Assembly: GCA_951406725.2 (NCBI GenBank)
Contig: OX597817.1
Coordinates: 42,284,001 to 42,348,000, forward strand
DNA: 64,000 nucleotides
Direction of reading: 5' to 3'
Source of the DNA: Octopus vulgaris
Taxonomy: Eukaryota
This document shows positions 54,485 to 64,000 of this stretch, one piece after another. A model generated the notes under the pieces. That model made no database searches. It was not told where the DNA came from and saw only the letters and a program-made list of their open reading frames with translations. Position 1 is the first letter of the stretch, and each line of letters opens with the position of its first letter. Position numbers and translations under genes: made by a program.

Positions 54485-54959
54485 CATATATATGTGTCTG
54501 TGTGTGTGTGTGTATAAATTCAAATTATGATGAATGTAAACAAAGTTTGCTTTAGAAGCATTGAGATGTCTTAGAAATTTAAAGAAGTGATTTTAAATTC
54601 TCAAACGCAGGATAATGCTAATAATATAGCCTGAACAGGATAAGCTACCCCTATTTGCAGAAAAAAGTGTTGGCGGCTGATATATATATATGTATAGATA
54701 TAGAAATTACTTTAATTTAATGAATTAAATAGAACAAAATCAATAATAAACAAAACAAAAAGAGTTCAAAGGTCCCAGATTTTGTGACATATATACCCCA
54801 CTTCTCTGCCCTGCATGGGATGCACATACTGAGTGGACTGGGCCAAGTGATATCTCAAGAACCCATTGCACTGCTTGGTCCAGGAATCGAAACCACAATC
54901 TTATGATCATGAGTACAATATCATAACCACTCAACCATGTACCTTCACAAAGGAGGACC

Positions 54960-56065
54960 CTTCCCTCGAATAGGCGACCATGTTCGATTTGTAGGAAAAG
55001 TGTAGGCAGGAATTCCATATAGTGTACTCATTGCAAGCTATGGACACACAAGAAGTGCAGTGGATTAATAAGGTTATCAGAAAAGATAGTTTTCATATGT
55101 AGAAGATGCACAGAATCAACAAAAACAACAGAGACTTTGGAAACTGATTCTCTTAAATGCCCTGGTAGCTCATTAGAGATAGAAGATAATTTCTGCTACC
55201 TAGGAGACCAAAGTAGTAGTGAGAGAGGATGCACACAGGGTGTGCTACTTAGAATAAGAATGGGATGGAGGAAATTCAGAGAGCTGTTACCTCTGTTGGC
55301 CACTAAAGGCTTCTCTCTCCAAGTGAAAGGAAGATTATATGAGGCATGTGTACAGATAGCAATTCTACATGGTAGTGAGACAAGGGCCCTGAATGCAGAG
55401 GACATGCAAAGGTTAGAAAGGAATGAGGCTAGTATACTCTGCTGGATGTGTAATGCAAGTGTACATGTTTGACAGAGTGCGTTTTGAGAGAAGTCAGGCA
55501 TAAGAGGAATTTGTTGCTATGTGCAAGAGAGAAGACTGCATTGGTTTGGTCATGTGATGTGGATGGATGGATGCCAACAGCTCCATAGAGAAGTGCTGAT
55601 CTCTCAAAGTAGATGGAACATGTGGAGGTGGGAGACCTAGGAAGACATGGGATGAAGTACTGAAGAATGACTTCAGGATGCTGAACCTTTCAGGCGAGAT
55701 GACAAAGGACCAAGATGCCCGGGACCTTGTTATACGCAAGAAGACCTGTACTCCATAGCAGAAGTGTTAAAACTGGTCCCTCTGATGGTGAAACGCACTT
55801 GTGGTGGTGCCACATAAAAGCACCTGTGTGATCTCACATAAAAGTGCCTGTGCAGTGATGCATAAAAGTTCCTATGTGGTGTCAGGTAAAAGCACCCAGC
55901 ACACTCTGTAAGGTGGTTGATGTTTGGAAGGGCATCCAGCCATAGAAACCATGCCAAATCAGACTGCAGTCTGGTGCTGTTCCCCAGCTTGCCAGCTCTG
56001 GTCAAACTATCCAACCCATTCCAGCATCGACAACAGACATTGAATGATGACGATGATGATGATAC
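54960..56065 (+). mobile_element. 5'-truncated RTE-clade LINE with 3' UTR and (GAT)n tail
   Basis: LEIEDNFCYLGD...RIRMGWRKFRELLPLL...KGRLYEACVQIAILHGSET; frameshifted continuation. Confidence 0.9.
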
Positions 56066-56231
56066 GTACACACACACATGCATATATATATATATATGTA
56101 TGTATATATTTATATTTTTATATATATATATATCATCATCATCATCACCATCTTCTTCATCATCATATATGTATATAGGTATATATACATATATATGTCT
56201 ACATATGTATTTTTGTGTGTGTGTGTAAATA

Positions 56232-56267
<36 letters not shown>

Positions 56268-57324
56268 TGTATGTATGTATGTATGTATAGATAGATATCA
56301 TAGATATATATCATTAACACCCTAAACATTAACATATTTTGTTTTGTATTGTTTTTCTTTTCCTTTATTTTTCCTATGTTGTTTTCAGATGTGTAGGTGT
56401 TTACTTACGTTTCCAAAGTGGAAGCCTCTTAAATCACTGAGAGTCATTTGACCTGCTAGAAAAAGATGTCAAACCTCCACCAAACCACAGTGATCATGGC
56501 TGAAACACCTTTGATTATAGGGCCACACAATCAATAACAGCAACAGCTCATCCGTAGATTACATAATTGTCTTTGCAACTACCCTTGATGAACATACAGC
56601 TTTCACTAAATCTTCTCAATTGTTTTATTCACCCTTGCTTTACTGATCTTCACAGTTTGAGCTTTCTACAGGCTCTACCAAGAATTAATCTTCCCAATCT
56701 CATGATTTTCCCCTCGTCCATTAAACTCTAATAATGATAATTATTTGTCTCCTTTTCAATAACTCTGAAAGAAAAGCAGAAAACCCAAATTATTTCCAAT
56801 ACATTTCTCTGAAATGAATATTTAGTTTGTCAGCCTTATGGTATTTATTATACATTGCCATACCTCCTGCTACTTTCTCTCTCCTAACTAAATTTAACAT
56901 ATAGTTTCTCAACTTCCTCTTCTAACATTCATACATTCATAAGCTAGAAAATACCCTCATAAACTATATTACAGTTTCATTTCCATGACATTCTCTATCA
57001 TTCAGCTTAAAACTCCTTGACAGTATGTAGCACAGTGCTAGAGCTGGTTTGGCAGTAAGACAAACATACAATTAGCTATATATATATATATATATATTTA
57101 ATCAATATAGGGTGGCAAAAAAATTTTGTAGAATTCTTTTGCCACCAGCGGCCTAGTAGGAAAAAATTAAAATAGTCATAGACCATTTTTAAGTTCAACA
57201 TCAACAATAAAGGAACGGCCATAATAGGCCATTCACCCACTAGAAATAACAGCCAAAGCTTCAACCGCAAATAAAAGTTAATTCAGTAAACCAGGAGAAA
57301 ATTTAAAAAACATTTACCCTGTAA

Positions 57325-57429
57325 TTTCTTATACGATATACTGTTTCATCTGCTGATTAATGGTAAACTAACCTGATTAAATTAAATCAAGCCAATCTTC
57401 CACAGGCCCTCAGATTCTTCAGTAAGAAA
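57325..57429 (-). ncRNA. type I HHR with long stem II, copy 1 (stem III mismatch)
   Basis: minus TTTCTTA CTGAAGA ATCTG...CAGAT GAAA CAGTATATCG TA TAAGAAA. Confidence 0.75.
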
Positions 57430-57816
57430 TAGCCCAAGACGGAACAGATATTTTCACGAGGCATTTCCGACATTGCCAAGTTTATATCTGACCTAAAATT
57501 TTCAAATCGTCGCACTCGCGCCAAATTTATCGGCAGCAAGTAAATATAAGCCGTCGATTCCATTACGGAATTAACCAGAAAATTCATAATTAATCAATAT
57601 AGGGTGCCAAAAAAATTTTGTAGAATTCTTTTGCCACCAGCGGCCTAGTAGGAAAAAATTAAAATAGTCATAGACCATTTTTAAGTTCAACATCAACAAT
57701 AAAGGAACGGCCATAATAGGCCATTCACCCACTAGAAATAACAGCCAAAGCTTCAACCGCAAATAAAAGTTAATTCAGTAAACCAGGAGAAAATTTAAAA
57801 AACATTTACCCTGTAA

Positions 57817-57921
57817 TTTCTTATACGATATACCATTTCATCTGCTGATTAATGGTAAACTAACCTGATTAAATTAAATCAAGCCAATCTTCCACAGGCC
57901 CTCAGATTCTTCAGTAAGAAA
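57817..57921 (-). ncRNA. type I HHR with long stem II, copy 2
   Basis: as copy 1; stem III TGGTATATCG (U-G wobble). Confidence 0.8.
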
Positions 57922-58308
57922 TAGCCCAAGACGGAACAGATATTTTCACGAGGCATTTCCGACGTTGCCAAGTTTATATCTGACCTAAAATTTTCAAATC
58001 GTCGCACTCGCGCCAAATTTATCGGCAGCAAATAAATATAAGCCGTCGATTCCATTACGGAATTAACCAGAAAATTCATAATTAATCAATATAGGGTGGC
58101 AAAAAAATTTTGTAGAATTCTTTTGCCACCAGCGGCCTAGTAGGAAAAAAATTAAAATAGTCATAGACCATTTTTAAGTTCAACATCAACAATAAAGGAA
58201 CGGCCATAATAGGCCATTCACCCACTAGAAATAACAGCCAAAGCTTCAACCGCAAATAAAAGTTAATTCAGTAAACCAGGAGAAAATTTAAAAACATTTA
58301 CCCTGTAA

Positions 58309-58413
58309 TTTCTTATACGATATACCGTTTCATCTGCTGATTAATGGTAAACTAACCTGATTAAATTAAATCAAGCCAATCTTCCACAGGCCCTCAGATT
58401 CTTCAGTAAGAAA
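58309..58413 (-). ncRNA. type I HHR with long stem II, copy 3 (intact)
   Basis: stem III CGGTATATCG, GTA cleavage triplet. Confidence 0.85.
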
Positions 58414-58775
58414 TAGCCCAAGACGGAACAGATATTTTCACGAGGCATTTCCGACGTTGCCAAGTTTATATCTGACCTAAAATTTTCAAATCGTCGCACT
58501 CGCGCCAAATTTATCGGCAGCAAATAAATATAAGCCGTCGATTCCATTACGGAATTAACCAGAAAATTCATAATTAATCAATATAGGGTGGCAAAAAAAT
58601 TTTGTAGAATTCTTTGCCACCAGCGGCCTAGTAGGAAAAAATTAAAATAGACGGCTTATATTTATTTGCTGCCGATAAATTTGGCGCGAGTGCGACGATT
58701 TGAAAATTTTAGGTCAGATATAAACTTGGCAACGTCGGAAATGCCTCGTGAAAATATCTGTTCCGTCTTGGGCTA

Positions 58776-58880
58776 TTTCTTACTGAAGAATCTGAGGGCC
58801 TGTGGAAGATTGGCTTGATTTAATTTAATCAGGTTAGTTTACCATTAATCAGCAGATGAAACGGTATATCGTATAAGAAA
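58776..58880 (+). ncRNA. type I HHR with long stem II, inverted copy (intact), predicted cleavage after 58873
   Basis: TTTCTTA CTGAAGA ATCTG [58 nt] CAGAT GAAA CGGTATATCG TA TAAGAAA. Confidence 0.85.
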
Positions 58881-59027
58881 TTACAGGGTAAATGTTTTTT
58901 AAATTTTCTCCTGGTTTACTGAATTAACTTTTATTTGCGGTTGAAGCTTTGGCTGTTATTTCTAGTGGGTGAATGGCCTATTATGGCCGTTCCTTTATTG
59001 TTGATATATATATATATATATATATAT

Positions 59028-59545
59028 AGCCAAGTGCAATATAATACCATAAAGGAAAAATTCAATTGTCACTAAATGTGACTAATGATGCCAAGACACC
59101 TACATTGCTAGAAATTGGAGTAAAATACTCTTTGTGATGTAGGAAGAGCACAAATGTATACACACACGCTGACAGGGGAAGAACCTGTTCCATGACCGAA
59201 CTGAGAATCTCTCAGACTAGACGTCTAGTTTCGCATATTTCCGTATGCTTTTTCAGTGAGAACAACCCAATCGGCTGGTGTTGGCTAATTCCTTCAGTCA
59301 GCATATATGTATTTACCATAGAAATCTATGAATGCAAAGGAGTATACAAAAATTTAATATAAACAGCCAAGCACAATATAATACCATAAAAGTAAAATTC
59401 AATCATCACTGAGACAACCTTTGTCAAATTTAGCTTACATTTATTTGATCTATTAACATCAGGTGTGGATTTTTCAATTATTTTCCACTTAATCACATGT
59501 TGTGTTGCATTAGATTTTAAGCTCCATACGTGGCTTGCCAACTTA
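59028..59545 (-). mobile_element. Penelope-like element 3' end: GIY-YIG C-terminal fragment plus a 337-bp HHR unit with partial tandem repeat
   Basis: LASHVWSLKS...IKWKIIEKS...SNKCKLNLTK resembles PLE LSxHIWxLK...IxWxI...CxLCxxEK; direct repeats 59028-59073 and 59365-59410. Confidence 0.75.
59210..59261 (-). ncRNA. type I hammerhead ribozyme, core G8>A
   Basis: minus TCTCA CTGAAAA A GCATA cggaaa TATGC GAAA CTAGACGTCTAG TC TGAGA; 14-nt perfect palindrome in stem III. Confidence 0.8.
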
Positions 59546-59643
59546 GCAGCTTTTTAACCTTCTGCATTTTTTCATATACTTCCTTCTCAACTTTTCATGT
59601 TTCTTCTCTCATTCAATTTTTAGTTCATTATAATACGTGGTTT

Positions 59644-59694
59644 CTACCTGATGAATATGTTTGAGGTATTTCTCAACGTATGAAACTATTAATC
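59644..59694 (+). ncRNA. partial hammerhead-like motif truncated by a family C insertion
   Basis: CTGATGA ATATGTTTGAG gtattt CTCAACGTAT GAAAC; 3' strand of stem I absent. Confidence 0.45.
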
Positions 59695-60640
59695 ATCATC
59701 GTTTAACGTCTGTTTTTCATGCTGGCATGCATTGGACAGTTTGACTGGGGTTTGGGAAACCAGGAGGCTGCACAAGGCCCCAATCTGATCTGGCAGCGTT
59801 TCTACAGCTGGATGCCCTTCCTAATGCCAATCACTCCGAGAGTGTAGTGGATGCTTTTTACATGCCACCAGCACAGGGGCCATAGGAGCTGGCATCAACC
59901 ATGATCAGATGGTGCTTTTTATGTTCCACCAGCACAGAAGCCAGTGAAAGCAGCACTGGCATCAGCCACGTTCGGATGGTGCTTTTTACATGCTACCAGC
60001 ACAAGGTTCACAACTACAATTTCCATTTGATTTAATTTTGATATTGCTGTTGATGTTGATATACTTGACTCAATAGGTCTCCTCAAGCACAGCATGTCGC
60101 CCTACAATACAAGGTACTTTTGAGTGGGCTGGTTATGCGACACTGGTGTAGGTTACAGCTGTGGACTCATTTTATTTGCCGGGTCTTCTCAGTCACAGCA
60201 TATCTCCAGAGGTTTCAGTCTTTTGTCATTGCCTCTGTGAGGCCCATCATCCAAAGGTCATGCTTCACCACCTAATGTATGCATGTATATATATATACAT
60301 ATATATATCAACATCATCATCATCATCATCATCGTTTAACGTCCGTTTTCCGCGCTAGCACGGGTTGGACGGTTCGACCAGGGTCTGGGAAGCGAGGAGC
60401 TGCACCAGGCTCCAGTCTGATCTGGTAGTGTTTCTACAGCTGGATGCCCTTCCTAACGCCAACCACTCCGCGATTGTAGTGGGTGCTTTTTACGCACCGG
60501 CACAGGTGCCAGAGGAGTCTGGCATCGGCCACGATCGGTTGGTGCTTTTAACGTGCCACCGGAACAGAAGCCAGTCGAGGCGGCGCTGGCATCAGCCACT
60601 TTCGGATGGCGCTTTTTATGTGCCACCGGCACAGAAGCCA
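59692..60640 (-). mobile_element. two tandem family C elements
   Basis: starts at ~59692 and ~60312. Confidence 0.85.
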
Positions 60641-61051
60641 TATATATATATATATGTACGTATATATATATATATGTATATATATATATAAATGATAAAG
60701 CTCTTTTCTGTGTAATATGGATTCATTATGTTGGTTTCCTGGTTTCTGTGGTGTATATATTACCTCACTGGATAGGATGCTAGTCCTTTACAGAATTACA
60801 TTTATGCCAACTGAATGAATTGGAGCAACATAAAATGAAGTGTTTTGCCCAAGAATACAACACATTGCTCAGTCCAGGAATTGCTCCTACAATTGTACAA
60901 TCAGGAATTTAACCCCTTAGCCACTAAGTTACATACCTCCACTTGTGTGTTTGCGTGTGTGTATACATATATGCAGATATTCATACACATGTATGTGAAC
61001 TTGTGTGTTTGTGTGTGTATACACATACATACATATTCGTACATGTGTGAG

Positions 61052-61089
<38 letters not shown>

Positions 61090-61244
61090 CAAATACACAT
61101 ATTTGTACATGTGTATGTGTTTGTGTGTATACACACACATATTCGTACATGTGTGTGTGTGCGTTTGCGAGTGAGTGTGTGTATGTATATACATACACAC
61201 ATATTCATACATGTGTGTGTATACGTTTGTGTGTGTGTGTGTGC

Positions 61245-61530
61245 AAGCACATTGACATTGCACATCCAGTGAAGCATACTAGCTTCATTTCTTTCAAGCC
61301 TACACATGTCCGCGGCTGTCACAGCCCATGTTTCACTGGCATGTAGCATAGCTGGTCGCACACAGGCATCATACAATCTGCCTTTAACTCTGAGTGAGAG
61401 GCCCTTTGTTACCAGCAGAGGTAGGAACTCTCTGAACTTTGCCCAGTCTAATCTTATTCTTACAGCTATGCTCTCAGAGCATCCACATCCACTACTAACT
61501 TGGTCAACTAGATAATGGAAGCCTAACTTG
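61245..61530 (-). pseudogene. RTE LINE RT fragment
   Basis: GFHYLVDQVSSGCGCSESIAVRIRLDWAKFREFLPLLVTKGLSLRVKGRLYDACVR. Confidence 0.9.
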
Positions 61531-61586
61531 ATCTCCAAGATAACAGAGACTAACTTGGTCACCTATATATATATATACATATATAT

Positions 61587-61619
<33 letters not shown>

Positions 61620-61790
61620 GTTGGAATTTATAGAAAAAGAAAAGACAAAGACAGGTGTATAAACAACAAACAAGTGTAATAGTTTGATGCGCAGGAAGGT
61701 GAGAAAGTTATTTACATTTCGAGCCTACGCTCTTCAGCAGAAAGGAACACAAGGAAATAAACAAAGAGAGAATAAAAAAAGCTTTAGGGG
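61620..61790 (-). mobile_element. pLTR-like short element with variant HHR (61711-61743), abutting (TA)n
   Basis: minus TTT CTGCTGA A GAGC gtag GCTC GAAATGT A AAT; paralog of 40484-40662. Confidence 0.6.
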
Positions 61791-62904
61791 CTTTTATATG
61801 TGTGTGTGTGTGTATACACATATACATATGTGTGTGCATCTTTGTGACTGTTTGTGTCCTCACCACTGCTTCACAATCGATATTGTTGTGTTTGCATCCC
61901 TGTAACTTGGTGGTTCAGCAAAAGAGACAGATAAAATAAGTGCCAGGCTTAGAAAATGAGTACTGGAGTTGATTCATCCAACTAAAGGTTCAAGGGCGTG
62001 TCCTAGTATGGCTGCAGTCAAATTAGACTGAAACAACTAAAAAAAAATCACAGTAAAATATAAATTAATAGATTGTTTTGTTTTGTTTTGTTTTTTTTGA
62101 GGTTTTTTTTTAATTACAACTGTGATTAAAATTTTTGTAATAATTGTTTCTGACATTCATTTCTCGAGCAGTCCTTAATAGGGTCTTGTAGAAGTGATCC
62201 TTTTTCTCACTTGTTAATTCTGTCCAGAAATATTACAATGGCATTAACATAATCAATAACTTAAACAATAGGAATCTATTACATAACCCAACCACAACCC
62301 ACGCTAGCACGGAAAACGGACCTTAAATGATGATGATGATGATGATAATGTATGTATATATGTGTGTGTGTGTATAATATGTGTGTCTATATATAATGTG
62401 TGGATATATATATATATGTATATACATATATATATAATATATGTGTGGACATATATATATATGTATACATATATATATATATATATATAATATGTGTGTA
62501 TACATATATATTTATCCACTTCTCATTTATAATACTTAACCACTAAAAATATTTTTTCATCATAAGCTGAAGAATTATTTCCAAGTCAATAAATAATTAT
62601 ATATATTTTCTTTCCAGTCAGGTTGATGTATCTCTATATTAGAATTCTTCTACCAATAATTCTTTCTAATTTTGGTACAAGGCCAGCAATTTTGAGAGGA
62701 TGGGCGTTAGTCAATTACAATGACTTCTATGATCAAATGATACGTATTATATTGACTCCAAAATGATGAATGGTAAAATCAGCATTGATGGAGTTTGAAC
62801 TCAGGATGTAAAGAGCTGAAAGAATTGGTGTTAAATGTTTTGCTTGTGAAGCTAATGATTCTGCCAGCTCACCATCATCGAATTCTTGTGCATATATAAA
62901 TATA

Positions 62905-63343
62905 TGAGTGCCTTGGATACAAATTCCTGGACTTTTACACCTACGGATTACTGTTACCATTCTTCCGGAGTATGCCACTGAAATCGTGATTGGAAATCAA
63001 AAAAATTTGTCCGTGACTCTTCCACTTTTTCCTCGTCCTTTTTTACCTTTCTTCTTCTACCTCCATTTTTCCACTTGTGTCGCCACCACTTACACCTACA
63101 CAGACATTCACCACTTCTCAACATGCCTGACTCCAAAATGTGACCTCGTGTGTACCGTTGGCGATTTTTTTCCTCTGTCTTCCCTTCTCTGGATCTTTCC
63201 TTCTCCTATGTTTCTGACGAAGAGCTCTGCTCGAAACGTTAAACCCTCCTTCTTTCCTTCTTTCCTGAGCGTCCAATAATACTATATTTGTTCCACGTCC
63301 TCGCGTTGTTGTGTTTTTTTGTGCTTTCTTGTTTGGATTAACA

Positions 63344-63374
<31 letters not shown>

Positions 63375-63853
63375 TATATGTATACATATATGTATGTATA
63401 TATGTATGTATCTGTGTGCCTGTGTATCTCTGTTTGTCCCTACCACCACTACCACCATCACCGCCACTACTGCTTGACAATCGGTGTTGGTGTGTTTGTG
63501 TGGCCATGTGGTAAGAAGATTGCTTCTCAACCACATGGCTCTAGGTTCAGTCCCACTGCAGGGCACCTTGGGCAAGTGTTTTCTACTATAGCCTTAGGCT
63601 GACCAAAGCCTTGTGAGAGTATTTGGTAGACAGAAACTGGGAGAAGCCCAGACTGCATGTGTATCGTTGGCTATTTTTTTCCTCCATCTTCCCTTCCTTG
63701 GATCTTTCCTTCTCCTATGTTTCTGACAAAGAGATCCGCTCGAAATGTTAAATCCTCCTTCTTTCCTTCTTTTCCTGAGCGTCCAATAACACTATACTTG
63801 TTGCACGTCCTCACGTTGTTGTGTTTTCTCTTTGTGTTTTCATGTTTGGATTA

Positions 63854-63908
<55 letters not shown>

Positions 63909-64000
63909 ATATATTCAAATTCTGACCGCGTGTGTACCATTGGCGATTTTTTTCCTCCATCTTCCTTTCTTTGGATCTTTCCTTTTCCTATGTTTCTGAT
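62905..64000 (+). mobile_element. Penelope-like pLTR cluster: three ~200-bp copies (63140-63342, 63657-63856, 63922 to window end) separated by (TA)n and a SINE
   Basis: repeated TGTGTACCGTTGGCGATTTT...TTTGGATTAAC unit with minimal HHR; upstream WIQI/LDFYTYGL loosely resembles a PLE ORF end. Confidence 0.75.
63210..63244 (+). ncRNA. minimal type I hammerhead ribozyme (dimer type)
   Basis: GTTT CTGACGA A GAGC tct GCTC GAA ACGT T AAAC; decayed copy at 63719-63753, third copy cut by the window end. Confidence 0.8.

Larger units (their letters stand above)
57098..59005 (-). mobile_element. young retrozyme/pLTR-like array: 492-bp unit x3.15 plus an inverted 356-bp segment, in (TA)n
   Basis: unit starts at 57098, 57590, 58082 and 58574; inversion 58650-59005; one HHR per unit. 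Confidence 0.9.

Noticed and set aside
57387-58571. Repeated 63-66 aa ORFs in the 492-bp array
   Set aside because: Short, no recognisable motif, and they recur only because the DNA is repeated. The unit length is divisible by 3, but the frames contain stops, so there is no endless ORF.
57098-58650. CRISPR array or plain satellite
   Set aside because: No unique spacers and eukaryotic context; the ribozyme and inversion point to a retro-insertion.

Overview
AT-rich, repeat-saturated animal DNA (intergenic or deep intronic). The SINE families, RTE LINEs, mariner elements and dense microsatellites strongly resemble Octopus/coleoid cephalopod genomes; this is recognition, not a database result. 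There is no intact protein-coding gene. Nearly all track ORFs are microsatellite artefacts or transposon relics: mariner transposase, RTE and R4/Dong RT fragments, and Penelope GIY-YIG fragments. The main hidden signal is about 17 type I hammerhead ribozyme (HHR) motifs, intact to decayed, in roughly 9 different repeat families. They sit in Penelope-like pLTRs and retrozyme-like tandem units, mostly next to (TA)n/(TG)n tracts. The best example is a young 492-bp tandem array (57098-59005) carrying an HHR with a 68-nt stem II domain and a twin-priming-type 5' inversion. A 232-bp retrozyme-like unit with a near-canonical HHR lies at 47083-47394. All structures were derived by eye. SINE and LINE boundaries are approximate, and only representative copies are listed.
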